DNA of 64,000 nt from an uncultured Actinomycetota bacterium. GTDB lineage: Bacteria > Actinomycetota > Geothermincolia > Geothermincolales > RBG-13-55-18. The position numbers and the translations under genes are program-made. The DNA is taken from assembly GCA_964510515.1 (NCBI GenBank), contig CAZEAU010000011.1:4712-68711 (forward strand), in the 5' to 3' direction. How positions within the stretch are numbered: position 1 is the stretch's first letter; each line of letters starts with the position of its first letter. The notes under the pieces are model-generated. The model searched no databases and was not told the origin of the DNA. It saw only the letters and a program-made list of their open reading frames with translations. Positions 9,377 to 19,607 of the stretch are shown piece after piece.

Positions 9377-10180
9377 ATGGGTTATCCCAAGCGGGTGGTG
9401 AAGATGTTCCTCTCGCTGTGGCCCTTCACCCATACGGTGAAGAAGCTCAGCGCCTATACGCCCTTCAAGCAGGTCTTCGCCCCCCTGGTGAGGGAGGGCA
9501 TTTTCGACGTCGCCTTCGTCCCGGTGTACGAGGACATCCCCGCCCCGGAGAGCACGGCACTGCCCCGGCAGGTCATCGCCGAGCTCATCCGCGCCTCCTC
9601 CCACCGCTTCATCTATAACGGCTGCATCTGCCGCAATCAGGAGGGATGCGTGAACTACCCCCGCGACCTGGGATGCATCTTTCTCGGCGAGGCGGCCTCG
9701 CGCCTGCATCCCTCCCTGGGGCACCGTGCCAGCGTGGAGGAATGCCTGGAGCACCTGGAGAGAGCGTCCGAGACCGGGCTCACGGGCATGGTCGGCCGCA
9801 TCTGGTTTGATGCCACCACCCTGGGGGTGCTGCGCGATTTCCGTAATTTTCTGGTGGTGTGCTTCTGCTGCGACTGCTGCTGCCTGGTGCGCACCGACAT
9901 CCGGGAGGCCGGACCCGGGTTCAAGCAGGCCATCAAAAAGCTCGCCGGGGTGCGCGTCCGCGCAGGCGAAGGCTGCGTGGGCTGCGGCACCTGCGTGGAT
10001 GCCTGTTTTGTGGGCGCGATATCGCTTGCCGGCGGGGTTTCGCGCATCGATCCCGTGCTGTGCAAGGGTTGCGGGCGCTGCGCCGCCGCCTGTCCCCATG
10101 AGGTCATCCGTGTGGAATTCGATTCCTCCGACGCGCTCTACCGTGAGCTTCTCGCGCGCGTGGGAGCCGCCATCGCTTGA
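9377..10180 (+). CDS. 4Fe-4S dicluster (ferredoxin-like) protein
   Basis: CICR..C, VCFCCDCCC, CVGCGTCVDAC and CKGCGRCAAACP clusters. ATG 9377 follows GGGGAG. Confidence 0.85.
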   Translation: MGYPKRVVKMFLSLWPFTHTVKKLSAYTPFKQVFAPLVREGIFDVAFVPVYEDIPAPESTALPRQVIAELIRASSHRFIYNGCICRNQEGCVNYPRDLGCIFLGEAASRLHPSLGHRASVEECLEHLERASETGLTGMVGRIWFDATTLGVLRDFRNFLVVCFCCDCCCLVRTDIREAGPGFKQAIKKLAGVRVRAGEGCVGCGTCVDACFVGAISLAGGVSRIDPVLCKGCGRCAAACPHEVIRVEFDSSDALYRELLARVGAAIA

Positions 10181-10227
10181 CCCCGCGGCGGGTTGACCCC
10201 GGCGGCGGCAGCCGTTAACGTTTGCAT

Positions 10228-10716
10228 ATGATCACCTGTGGAGGGTGTGGGCGCGAGATGGATACGAGGGGAAGCGTGGACGGGACCAGGGTTCTGTGCG
10301 AGCGGTGTCACCACCTCCAGGTCACCGGGCCGCAGCCGCCGCGCACGCTCGGCCCCACCGCCTTCCGGCTCATCGCCCTCTTCTGCCTGGCGGCCTTGGC
10401 CCTGGCGGGTTTCACGCTGTGTGCGCTATACCTCACGGGCAGCGGCGAGCTGGCGTGGTTCTGCGCGCTCGCCGCGCTCATGGCCGTAAGCACGGCCTGT
10501 CCCGCGGCCATCCTCGCAAGAAGGCGCAATCTGACGCTGCTCATCGCCGCCCTCTATCTGCCCTTGGGGGCCTGGGCCTATCTCTGGAGCATGGCCCCCG
10601 GGGCCGGCTGGGAATACGGCGCCCTCACCGCCTACGGGGGCCTTTTCATCTTCGCCATCGGCGTCGTTTCCCTGGGCTTCTTCGTGCGGGACATGCGGGC
10701 GCTCCCGCGCCATTGA
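10228..10716 (+). CDS. Hypothetical membrane protein with N-terminal zinc ribbon
   Basis: CxxC...CxxC followed by about four hydrophobic helices; co-oriented with and adjacent to the next gene. Confidence 0.65.
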   Translation: MITCGGCGREMDTRGSVDGTRVLCERCHHLQVTGPQPPRTLGPTAFRLIALFCLAALALAGFTLCALYLTGSGELAWFCALAALMAVSTACPAAILARRRNLTLLIAALYLPLGAWAYLWSMAPGAGWEYGALTAYGGLFIFAIGVVSLGFFVRDMRALPRH

Positions 10717-10717
10717 G

Positions 10718-11830
10718 GTGAGCGCTATGCAGGCTGAACCGGCTCTCTTCCGCCGCTTTCCCCGCCTGAGGGAGGCGCTGCCCTGGGTCTCCCTGGGGGA
10801 ATGGCCGACCCCGGTGGCGCGCATGCGCGCCCTGGAGGAGGCGCACGGCCTCCCCGGGCTCTATGTGAAGAGGGACGATCTCAGCTCGCGGGCTTACGGC
10901 GGCAACAAGGTGCGCAAACTGGAGTTCGTCCTCGCGGACGCGCGCGAAAAAGGGTGCGACGGCGTTATGACCATGGGGGCCGCGGGATCCAATCACGTGC
11001 TCGCCACCGCCGTGCACGGCAAGAGCCTCGGCCTCTCCACCACCGCCCTGCTCTTCGGCCAGCCCTGCGCCGAATACGTGCGGCGCAACCTGCTCATGGA
11101 CTTGCGCAGCGGGGTGCGCATGGCCTGGGCTCCCTCCATCCCCTGGATACCGCCGCTTTTCGCGTGGGAGATGATCCGCGCCCGCGTATGTGGGGAGAGG
11201 CTCTACTGGCTGGGGCCGGGGGGGTCCTCCCCCCTGGGCTCCCTGGGCTACGTGAGCGCGGGGCTGGAGCTGGCGGAGCAGGTGGCGAAGGGGGAGCTGC
11301 CGGAACCGGGCCTGGTGGTGAGCGCCATGGGGACCCACGGGACCTCGGCGGGCCTGTGGCTGGGGCTGCGGCTCTCCGGGCTGCGCTCGCGCGTGGTGGG
11401 CGTGGCGGTGGTGGAGAAGGCCTACTGCAACCCCTTTTTGTGGGCGCGCCTGGTGAACAGGACCGCCGCCCTGCTCAACCGCCTGGATCCGGGGATAGGG
11501 GCACCCCGGGCCCGCCCCCGCGACCTCGTCTATATCGCGAGCGAGCTGGGAGAGGGTTATGCCCACCTCACCCCGGACGACGTCGGCGCGGTGCGCGAGG
11601 CGCGGGAGCTGGAGGGCCTGCAGCTCGAGGGCACCTATACCGGCAAGGCGCTGGCGGCCGCGCTCAAGCTGGGCGGGGACCCGAGCGGAAAGGAGGGCAT
11701 CCTTTTCATCGATACCTACAACAGCGTGGACCTCTCCCCCCTCATCGCCGGCATGGATCACCGCCGGCTGCCCGCTCCCTTTCATCGCTTCTTCGAGATG
11801 CCCTTCCGGGCCTTGGAAAACGGGCTGTGA
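10718..11830 (+). CDS. PLP-dependent ACC deaminase / D-cysteine desulfhydrase family protein
   Basis: LYVKRDDL...YGGNKVRKLEF, GAAGSNH, GGSSPLG.LGYV, GT.GT.AG, LEGTYTGKA. Confidence 0.88.
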   Translation: MSAMQAEPALFRRFPRLREALPWVSLGEWPTPVARMRALEEAHGLPGLYVKRDDLSSRAYGGNKVRKLEFVLADAREKGCDGVMTMGAAGSNHVLATAVHGKSLGLSTTALLFGQPCAEYVRRNLLMDLRSGVRMAWAPSIPWIPPLFAWEMIRARVCGERLYWLGPGGSSPLGSLGYVSAGLELAEQVAKGELPEPGLVVSAMGTHGTSAGLWLGLRLSGLRSRVVGVAVVEKAYCNPFLWARLVNRTAALLNRLDPGIGAPRARPRDLVYIASELGEGYAHLTPDDVGAVREARELEGLQLEGTYTGKALAAALKLGGDPSGKEGILFIDTYNSVDLSPLIAGMDHRRLPAPFHRFFEMPFRALENGL

Positions 11831-11872
11831 CATGCTTGCGGGTGGGCATGCCCGGGCGGCCCCGCGCGGAGG

Positions 11873-12583
11873 ATGATCGCGTTGTGGTGGGACGCATGGC
11901 TGTGGGAGCTGGGTTTCGCCGTATGCCATCAGCGCCCTGAGCGCCTGCTGCGCTTCGGGGACGGATGCCTCTTCGTATGCGCGCGGGACGCCGGACTCTT
12001 CGTCTCCTTCTTCACCCTGCTGCTCGCCCTCTCCCTGCTGCGCGGCAGGGAGAGGGCGGGGATGCCCCCCTGGCCCCTGCTGGTCGCGGGAGGGGCGGGG
12101 GTCCTCTTTCTGGCCTGGGACGGCATCACCAGCTACCTGGCCCTGCGGGAGAGCGGCAATGTGCTCAGGTTTCTCAGCGGCTTTGCCGCCGGCACGGGGC
12201 TGGCTCTCCCGGCGGCGGCGCTGCTCAACCGCGAGGTCTTCGCCGGGGACCGCTCACGCAAGGTGGGCTCTCGCCCCCGCGACCTCGCCGCGGTGGGCCT
12301 GGCAGGAGGGGCCGCGCTCCTCCTCTTCCTGTGGCGTCCCGCACCCCTCTTCCGCCTGGGTCAGGTATGGCTCCTGGTGAGCATGCTGGGGACCTTCTGG
12401 TCCCTCAACCTCCTTCTCGTCTATCTCGCCGGCGCAGAGCGGGAGGGGGGGCTGAGCGCGGGCAGGGCGCTGCTAGCGGCGCTGCTCGCGGCGCTCGAGC
12501 TCTGCGGGTCATATTGGCTGCACCGCCTCCTGGGGGGCGGCGGTCCCGCGCCCCTGCCCGGCTCGCGCGGCCCCTCCCCCTGA
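11873..12583 (+). CDS. DUF2085-like membrane protein
   Basis: VCHQRPER..., CARD.G motif plus multiple TM helices (family assigned from recall). Confidence 0.7.
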   Translation: MIALWWDAWLWELGFAVCHQRPERLLRFGDGCLFVCARDAGLFVSFFTLLLALSLLRGRERAGMPPWPLLVAGGAGVLFLAWDGITSYLALRESGNVLRFLSGFAAGTGLALPAAALLNREVFAGDRSRKVGSRPRDLAAVGLAGGAALLLFLWRPAPLFRLGQVWLLVSMLGTFWSLNLLLVYLAGAEREGGLSAGRALLAALLAALELCGSYWLHRLLGGGGPAPLPGSRGPSP

Positions 12584-12697
12584 CGGAGAGAGCTTCCCGC
12601 CGGCGGGTCCCGGGCGCGGCGCCTGTGGTATATTTATGGCGAATGTGGCGGCTGAGGGCTATGGCTACGGGAGAAGACCTGAGGCGGGAGGTCCGGG

Positions 12698-12985
12698 ATG
12701 CACGCGAAGAAAGAAAAGATGAGGGTAGAGATCTTCACCACCGTACACCGCATCGTAGCCGACCTGCACATTTTTGCCGGCGCGCGCCTGACCGACATCA
12801 TGCAGTCGAGGGAGACCGCCTCCTTCTTCGCGCTTACTGATGTCGAGGTGTACGAGATAGCGAGCGGGCGGGAGTTGTTCCGCACCGATTTCGTCGATGT
12901 AAATCGCGCCCACATCGTCATGCTCCGGCCCCTGGAGTCCAAGGCCGGCAGGCCGTCGGCGGAGGGGTTTGCGCCCGGCTTCTGA
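12698..12985 (+). CDS. Small hypothetical protein (DUF6812-like)
   Basis: RVEIFT..HRI...LH....RLTD, F..LTD.EV, VN..HI pattern. Confidence 0.6.
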   Translation: MHAKKEKMRVEIFTTVHRIVADLHIFAGARLTDIMQSRETASFFALTDVEVYEIASGRELFRTDFVDVNRAHIVMLRPLESKAGRPSAEGFAPGF

Positions 12986-13045
12986 GAGCCCTTGAGCGCG
13001 GAAGAGCGCCGCGTGCACTCGGGCGGGCGCGGGTGCCGGGGGGCG

Positions 13046-13474
13046 CTAGAGAACGGGCTTCCTGCTGCTGGCCACGGCCTCGGCGAGACGGCACAGGTAG
13101 CCGATGTTCTCGATCAGGCGGGTGTTCACGATCTTGCGCACGGTCAGGCTTATGGTGTCCGGCTGGCCGCCCTGTCCCTTGATCACGTCGACCGTGCCCA
13201 CCAGGCGGGCGCCGCGGTCCTCCAGCAGCTCCATGACCACGCGGTTGACCTTCTCCATGTCCCCCCGGGAGTCCCGGTAGGTCGCGACCGCTTCCTCGGC
13301 CGCGTCTTCGGCCGTGCCGTGGATGGATATGTGGTTCCAGGCCACCGGGCCGAACTGGATGATGAGCGCCCCTATGACCACTGCCACGAGGGCGAACTTG
13401 AGGACGAAGCCCCATACCTGCCCGCCCTCGTCCCGCAGCCTGGAGAAAAGCCTGTTGTTATCCATGCTACCCAT
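13046..13474 (-). CDS. Hypothetical pilin-like (TadE/G-like) protein
   Basis: RDEGGQ followed by one hydrophobic helix (class III signal-like), then TAEDAAEEA. Confidence 0.55.
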   Translation of the reverse strand: MGSMDNNRLFSRLRDEGGQVWGFVLKFALVAVVIGALIIQFGPVAWNHISIHGTAEDAAEEAVATYRDSRGDMEKVNRVVMELLEDRGARLVGTVDVIKGQGGQPDTISLTVRKIVNTRLIENIGYLCRLAEAVASSRKPVL

Positions 13475-13534
13475 TAGCTTCGCCGGCGGCCGGGCTTTTC
13501 CTTTGCCCCGCCGGGCCTGCCCTTTCCGCCTCGC

Positions 13535-15202
13535 TCATGCTCTGCGGCGCCGCGGCGCGAGCCGGCCCAGCTGTCGCGCCAGCATGTCCCAGAGGCCGGC
13601 GAGCTCCTCCATGCCCAGGGCGTGGGCCACGAAGAAGAACACCGCCAGGCCCCCGGCCATGGGCAGGAGCATGTCCACGAGGTCCCTCCACAGCCCGGTC
13701 GCCGGGTGCAGTTGCGCGACGAGGTGGTGGGAGGCGTAGACGATCAGGGTCATGGCCGCCGCCGCCGCCAGGGTCTTGAGAATGGTGGAGAGGACGCGCC
13801 TCCCCCCCAGCTTTCCCAGGCGGATGCGCAGCACAATCGCGTCGATGATCATGGCGAAGAGGTAGGCGGCGGTGAACCCCAGCGCCAGGCCCCTGACCCC
13901 CATCCAGCGGAAGAAGAGCAGGTTGGCCCCGATGTTGATGGCTACCACGAAGCAGTTGATGATCATGGGGGTGCGGGTGTCCTGCATGGAATAGAAGGTC
14001 TTGGTCAGCAGCATGTCCAGGGAGTAGGGGATCAGCCCCAGGGCGAAATAGAAGAGCACGCTCGCGAGCAGCTCCGTGTCGCCCGCCTTGAAGAAACCGT
14101 GCTCGAGGAGGAAACGGATGATGGGCTCGTTCAAGGTCAGGTAGATGACCGCAAAGGGCACGATGATGAACACCGTGGAGCGCACGCCCGCGTTGAGGGT
14201 GTCCCGGAAGCGGGACATCCTGCGCAGGGCGGCGTGTTCGCTCATGGCTGGGAAGACGGCGGTTATGATGGAGACGGCGAAGATGCCGTAAGGGAGCTGG
14301 AAGAACATCTGGGCGTACTGATAGGAGGGCACGCCCCCGTCCACCTGTATGGCCAGCGCGAAGACGAACCACGCTCCCACCTGCCAGAGCAGGATGTAGG
14401 CGAGGAGGGGAACGGCGAGGCGTCCGATCTTGCGTATGGCGGGATGGCGGAAGTCCAGCACGGGCTGATAGCGGATCCCGATGCGGAAAAGCGCCGGGAC
14501 CTGCACCAGGGCCTGGGCCACCACTCCCGCCGTGGTCCCCAGGGCCAGGAGCACCAGGTGCGGATAATTGTCGCGCGGGCCGGGCAGGAAGTGGAAGGCG
14601 ACGACGGTGGCGATGACCACCAGGTTGTTGGCGATGGGCGCGAAGGCGGGGGACTTGAAGTGGCGATGGGAGTTGAGCAGGCCGCCGAAGATGGCGCTCA
14701 GGCTGTAGAAGACGATTTGGGGCACGAAGAAGCGCAGGAGGAAGGCGGCCTGGTCCCTCACCACCTGGGTGGTGACGTCGCCGGCGGAATAGGAGCCGAA
14801 GAGGGTCATGAGTCGGATGACGGCGGGGCTGGCGAAGATGCCCGCAACGCTCACCACGGAGAGGACGATGAGGGCGATGTTGGTCACCGAACTTGCCACG
14901 TACCAGGCTTCCTCCCGCGAGCGCGTGCTGAGGTATTCTACGAAGACGGGTATGAAGAGGGAGGCGATTATCCCCCCCATGACGAGGTCGTAGATCATGT
15001 TGGGCATGGAATTGGCCAGGCTGTAGGTGCTGGGCAGGTTGGTCTCGCCGAAGCGCAGGGTCAGGCCCAGCACGTAGGCGAGGGCGGCGTAGCGCAGGAA
15101 GCCGGTTATACGGCTGATGGCCGTGCCCACGGCCATCAGCGCCGCGTCCCGGGCGAAGGCGTCGCCCTGGCCGCGCGGCAACGGCTCCTCCCCGGCGCTC
15201 AC
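13535..15202 (-). CDS. murJ: Lipid II flippase MurJ/MviN
   Basis: SRITGFLR, Y.LAN.MPN, F.IPVF, QLPYGIFAVS, P.MS, FYSMQDTRTP; about 14 TM helices. Confidence 0.93.
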   Translation of the reverse strand: MSAGEEPLPRGQGDAFARDAALMAVGTAISRITGFLRYAALAYVLGLTLRFGETNLPSTYSLANSMPNMIYDLVMGGIIASLFIPVFVEYLSTRSREEAWYVASSVTNIALIVLSVVSVAGIFASPAVIRLMTLFGSYSAGDVTTQVVRDQAAFLLRFFVPQIVFYSLSAIFGGLLNSHRHFKSPAFAPIANNLVVIATVVAFHFLPGPRDNYPHLVLLALGTTAGVVAQALVQVPALFRIGIRYQPVLDFRHPAIRKIGRLAVPLLAYILLWQVGAWFVFALAIQVDGGVPSYQYAQMFFQLPYGIFAVSIITAVFPAMSEHAALRRMSRFRDTLNAGVRSTVFIIVPFAVIYLTLNEPIIRFLLEHGFFKAGDTELLASVLFYFALGLIPYSLDMLLTKTFYSMQDTRTPMIINCFVVAINIGANLLFFRWMGVRGLALGFTAAYLFAMIIDAIVLRIRLGKLGGRRVLSTILKTLAAAAAMTLIVYASHHLVAQLHPATGLWRDLVDMLLPMAGGLAVFFFVAHALGMEELAGLWDMLARQLGRLAPRRRRA

Positions 15203-17262
15203 CCTCCACCCCTTCCCCGCGCATGCTTGCCGCCGCGATACTTTCCCAGCAGGCGCCGGACCGCGATCGCCATGGCGACGAGGAGGGCCAGGCCGGCCAG
15301 GAGGATGATGGCCAGGGTATTGATGATGGAGGTGTTGACGGTGGTGGAGGTGCTGTCGATGAGCAGGTCTCCGGACTCGAGCACGATATCCACGATGAAC
15401 GAGCCCTTGCGGCGGGCATCGACCTGGAATATGTAATGGTTCTCCCGCGGCTCGATGACCACTTCCCGCGCGCTGCCCTCGGGAAAGGTCATGTTGGCGT
15501 TGTCCAGGCGCAGGGTGACCCCCTGGAGGGGGTAGTCGAGCCCGCTGGTGACGTCCACGCTCAACTTGCCCTCGGTGCTGGACAGGGTCACGGAGTGCTT
15601 GAGCTCGATGTTGACCTTGGCCGTCTCTGCGCGGATGACGGCATCCATGCTCTTCAGGTAGGCCAGCGCCGCCGTGCCGTCCCGGCCCCAGGCGAAGCGG
15701 TAGTTCTCGGCGATGAGCTGGGTGCGGGTCAAGTCCTCGCGCAGGGAGTGTCCGGCGGGGATGGTGGCCGCGAAATCACGCAGGTCGTTGCGCGCCGCCT
15801 CCAGCCCGAGCAGGTAGTCGGAGGCGGCGGGGGGGTAGGAGGGTGCCGGGAGGGCTACCCCCTTCAGGGGGAATTGGTCGGCGCTGAGTTCGGAGAGGCG
15901 GCGCGTCTGCAGCCAGGGGCAATCCCTCACCGCCTCGTAGAACCTCTCCGCGAAGTCCTGGGGGGGCACGAAAGCGGAGGGAAAGGCGAGAACGCAGGAG
16001 CGCACCTCGTAAGGCCTCTCCCTCTGCAGCACCGCCAGCTCGGCGAAGAGGGTCTGGACGACGTGGGAGACGTCGCCGGCCCCCGTGTTCTCCAGGTAAG
16101 CGTATATGGCCTCATCGTGCAGGAAGGCGCTGAGCGCATAGCCGTCGCGGCTGACGAAACGCACCGGCTGCGCGAGCGTCATGCCCTCGAGCAGGCGCTC
16201 CCCGGCGGGGCTGTATTGCAGGGCCTCCCTCCCCACCACCGCATATTCCACGCCGCTTCCCACCAGGTACTGCAGGACGAGGTCGCTGAGGCGGAAGAGG
16301 GGGGCCACGAAACCCCGGCCGCCGGGCGCGGTACGTCGCGCGAACTCCAGGCCCAGGCGCATCTGCCTCTCGGCCTCGCCCTCCCTCTCTCCTCCCTCCG
16401 TCTCCTGGCCCTCCCAGCCCCGGGAGGCGAGGGCGTCCGGGTCGGCGAAGGCGTAGGTCGTGGCCAGCAGGTCCAGCTGCCCGGCCTCTATGAGGCCCGC
16501 GAGCCCGGAGAGGACCTCGGAGGCGCCTTCCTGCGCGCTCCCCGGCCCGTCGCGCCCGTCCCCTTCCCCCAGCGATGCGATGTCCCTCCAGGTCGCCTCG
16601 CACACGACCATGTTTCCGCGCACTTCCGGCGTCTTCTTCATGGCCCGGGTGAGGGCGTAGAGGAAACCGGGTTTCTCGGGGGCGGAAGAGCAGGCGGCGG
16701 CGAGCTCGCCGTCGAGGTCGCCGCCCAGCGCGTCTCTGCGGGGGAGGAAATCGAGCGTCCAGAGCAGGGAGAGGTTGAGGGGATACCCGGAGGCCGGGTC
16801 CATTATCACCAGGTAGTTCTGGTCGCTCTTGATGACCTCCCCCGCCCCCAGCAGCCTGACCTCGAAGGGGTAAACGCCCCCCCCCAGGCCCAGCATCGCC
16901 AGGTCGATCTCGTACATCTTGTCCACCCAGCGCGAATCGGGCTTGATGGTCTCCAGGCTGCGCCTGAAGATGGCGGGGCGGCGCGTCCCCTCCCGGAAAG
17001 AGGATAGCTGGGAGCGGGTCGTCGCCGCGGGATAGATCCGCAGGTCCAGCTGGATGTCGGTGGTCCTCGCCTCGCCGGACAGCTCCAGGTCCACGTCGAG
17101 GTAGGCGCGCTCGCCGGGGGCGTAGTAGAAGGCGTTCATGGCCACGGATATGTCCGCCGTGTCTTCCCGCGCCAGGGCCTTGCCCTCCCCGGGGGCGAGA
17201 GGGGCCGCGGACAGCGCCAGGGCGCATATGGCGGCGACGGCGAACATGCGGCGGGCCCTCAT
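15199..17262 (-). CDS. Secreted, C-terminally anchored protein (DUF6049-like)
   Basis: Signal peptide, C-terminal Ig-like region and TM anchor; overlaps murJ by 4 nt, as in actinobacterial murJ loci. Confidence 0.6.
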   Translation of the reverse strand: MRARRMFAVAAICALALSAAPLAPGEGKALAREDTADISVAMNAFYYAPGERAYLDVDLELSGEARTTDIQLDLRIYPAATTRSQLSSFREGTRRPAIFRRSLETIKPDSRWVDKMYEIDLAMLGLGGGVYPFEVRLLGAGEVIKSDQNYLVIMDPASGYPLNLSLLWTLDFLPRRDALGGDLDGELAAACSSAPEKPGFLYALTRAMKKTPEVRGNMVVCEATWRDIASLGEGDGRDGPGSAQEGASEVLSGLAGLIEAGQLDLLATTYAFADPDALASRGWEGQETEGGEREGEAERQMRLGLEFARRTAPGGRGFVAPLFRLSDLVLQYLVGSGVEYAVVGREALQYSPAGERLLEGMTLAQPVRFVSRDGYALSAFLHDEAIYAYLENTGAGDVSHVVQTLFAELAVLQRERPYEVRSCVLAFPSAFVPPQDFAERFYEAVRDCPWLQTRRLSELSADQFPLKGVALPAPSYPPAASDYLLGLEAARNDLRDFAATIPAGHSLREDLTRTQLIAENYRFAWGRDGTAALAYLKSMDAVIRAETAKVNIELKHSVTLSSTEGKLSVDVTSGLDYPLQGVTLRLDNANMTFPEGSAREVVIEPRENHYIFQVDARRKGSFIVDIVLESGDLLIDSTSTTVNTSIINTLAIILLAGLALLVAMAIAVRRLLGKYRGGKHARGRGGG

Positions 17263-18155
17263 CTCGCTCCCTCCCGGGGACGGGGGGCGCGGCGCATGAT
17301 GACGCGGGAATCCTGCATGCTCTCGAAGCCGAGCTTGCCGTAGAGAGCGAGGGCGGGGGCGTTGTCGCCCTGGGTGTTGACCATGACCGAGGCGGCGCCC
17401 AGGCCTCGCAGGGAGGATATCAGGCGGCGGGCGAGGAGCTCCCCCACGCCCTTCCCCTGGTGGGAGGCGTGAACGCCCAGGCGCTGCAGGTATGCGAAGC
17501 GCCCGTTGGCGCCGCCGACCGCGTATCCCAGGAGTTCGCCTGAGCGCCGCGCGAGCAGGAAGACGTTACGACGGCAGGTTGTGGACACCGCCTGCATGGT
17601 GCGCGCGTCCAGCCTCCAGAAGTCATCGAAAGCGGTGGCGTCGAGGCTGAGGACGTCGTCCAGGTATCTCTTGCGGAAAGCGGTGATCTCCACCCCGTTC
17701 CGCCGCGGGGGCGCCGCGGGCTCGCGGAGCAGCCGTTTCTCCAGCAGCGTTATCCTGCAGGCGGTCGTGAAATCCCATTTCGCGTACTCCTGCGCCTCCG
17801 TCTCCCCCAGGGGCATGGTGACGATGGCCTCGCCACCGCTTTCGAAGCCGGCGGCGCAGGCCGCGCCCACGAGCGTTTCTTTCAAAGCTCCCTCTCCCTT
17901 GACGTGCCATAGTGCTGTGATGCCGGTATGGGTTCTCCAGTTCCCGATCAGGATGAAGGGGGAGGCGGGAGGCGGGCAGGCGGGAAAGAAGAAGATCCTC
18001 CCTTCGTTGCTGCGCATGAAGTCCAGGAAAACGCGGCGGCTGGGGAAGAAGTGGCTCCTTTTGAGGTCCGGCCAGAAGGCCCTGGACATCCCGGGTGCCG
18101 CCTCCGCCGTCTCCGCGCTGCGGGAAGCGCCCGCCTGGGGGGCGATTATCTCCAC
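17259..18155 (-). CDS. GNAT N-acetyltransferase
   Basis: YLQRLGVHASHQGKGVG (motif A), VNTQ.DN.PAL.LY.KLGF. Confidence 0.85.
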   Translation of the reverse strand: MEIIAPQAGASRSAETAEAAPGMSRAFWPDLKRSHFFPSRRVFLDFMRSNEGRIFFFPACPPPASPFILIGNWRTHTGITALWHVKGEGALKETLVGAACAAGFESGGEAIVTMPLGETEAQEYAKWDFTTACRITLLEKRLLREPAAPPRRNGVEITAFRKRYLDDVLSLDATAFDDFWRLDARTMQAVSTTCRRNVFLLARRSGELLGYAVGGANGRFAYLQRLGVHASHQGKGVGELLARRLISSLRGLGAASVMVNTQGDNAPALALYGKLGFESMQDSRVIMRRAPRPREGAR

Positions 18156-18185
18156 GTCATGACCTTTCCATGTTTGGACAAGGGC

Positions 18186-18974
18186 TCAGACAAGTCCCCT
18201 TATCTCCTTGGACAAGAATATTATACCGATGGCGAAAAGGAAGCAGGAAAAGAGGAGGAGGACGCGACGGTCACGGGCGCGCAGGGTGAAGAAGGAGCCC
18301 AGCCAGGCGCCGGGCATGACCCCGAGGACCATGGCCAGGGCGATGGCCCAGTCCACGTGGCCGAGCAGGGTGTGGATGATGCTCCCCGGGATGGCCAGTA
18401 CCGCTATCACCGCCAGGGAGTTGCCCAGGCATTCCTTCAGTTCCAGGCGGAGGACGAAGAAAAAGGCCGGGACGAGCACGACCCCTCCCCCCACGCCCAG
18501 GAAGCCGGAGGAGAAGCCGGCGGCGAGCCCGATGGCGGCGAGCTTCCACGCCGGCCATGCGCGCTCGCCCCCCTCCCCCCGCGGGCAGCCGTAGCTCCCC
18601 CGCCCCAGCGCCGTCGCCGCGCTGCGCCAGGCGAGGTAGAAGAGCACCAGGGCGGTGGCGATCATGATGTAGCGGGTGTCCACGCAGGCCGTGGCGTAGG
18701 AGCCGATGGCGGTGCCCGCTATGCCGGAGAGGGAGCAGACGGCGACGATGCGCGGGATTATCTTACCCGCCCGCCAGTAATTGAAGCCCCCCACCAGCGC
18801 CGAGGGGAAAACGATGGGCAGGGTGGTGCCCAGGGCGATGTCCGAAGGCTGGGCGAGCAGCATGCGTACCGCTGGAGTGGCGACGACGCTTCCCCCCACC
18901 CCGAAAGCCCCCGAGGCGAAGCCGGTAACCAATCCCACCAGGACTATGAAGAGGTATCTTGCCGCGTCGGCCAA
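18186..18974 (-). CDS. TauE/SafE sulfite exporter family membrane protein
   Basis: G..SG.FGVGG twice, A.GT.L and GNSL motifs; about 8 TM helices. Confidence 0.88.
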   Translation of the reverse strand: MADAARYLFIVLVGLVTGFASGAFGVGGSVVATPAVRMLLAQPSDIALGTTLPIVFPSALVGGFNYWRAGKIIPRIVAVCSLSGIAGTAIGSYATACVDTRYIMIATALVLFYLAWRSAATALGRGSYGCPRGEGGERAWPAWKLAAIGLAAGFSSGFLGVGGGVVLVPAFFFVLRLELKECLGNSLAVIAVLAIPGSIIHTLLGHVDWAIALAMVLGVMPGAWLGSFFTLRARDRRVLLLFSCFLFAIGIIFLSKEIRGLV

Positions 18975-18993
18975 GGTTCAACCTCCCGGCGGG

Positions 18994-19458
18994 TCAGCGG
19001 ATGATGTCCGCGACCTCCGCGTCGGTAGCCCGCACCAGGTCATAGGAGCGGATCTTAAGTATCGCGTTCGGCTCGCCCCCGCCCGTATAGACGACGTCCT
19101 CGCGCAGGGCGTGGAGGTCGATATACTTGGGCATGTCGGTCTTGAGGGCGACGGGGGGGGTGCTGCCGATGAGATACCCGGTGAGCATGCGCACCTCGTC
19201 GGCGTTGAGCAGGCGCAGGCGCGGTGCGCCCGCCTCCTCCTTGAGCTTGGCGTAATCGACCATGCGATCCCCGGGGACCATGGCCATGAGGGGCCCCGCG
19301 GGGGCGGCAAAGAACACCGATTTGACGACCTGATGGGGCTGCAGGCCCAAGGCCGCCGCGGCTCGCTCAGCGGTGCGGGCCGGCTCCGGCATCCTCGAGA
19401 GCTCGTGGGGTATATCGACCGTCTGCAGGTAGTTGTGGACGTCTACGCTGCTGAGCAA
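18994..19458 (-). CDS. YbaK/EbsC family aminoacyl-tRNA deacylase
   Basis: TA..AA.ALG....QVVKS, TGY.IG.TPP, VYTGGG. Start set at TTG 19458 after GAGGAAGGA. Confidence 0.88.
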   Translation of the reverse strand: MLSSVDVHNYLQTVDIPHELSRMPEPARTAERAAAALGLQPHQVVKSVFFAAPAGPLMAMVPGDRMVDYAKLKEEAGAPRLRLLNADEVRMLTGYLIGSTPPVALKTDMPKYIDLHALREDVVYTGGGEPNAILKIRSYDLVRATDAEVADIIR

Positions 19459-19607
19459 GACGAATTCCTTCCTCGTTGATCCAGAGCCCGATGCGAGCAG
19501 TCTGCCAGCCATGCTCCAGCCGAAGTCCCTTTGTCTTGCGCGTATTATAGCATAGGAAGCAGAGGTGGAACGCGGGGCTGCCACCCCGCGGGAGCGGATG
19601 GGGGGCT

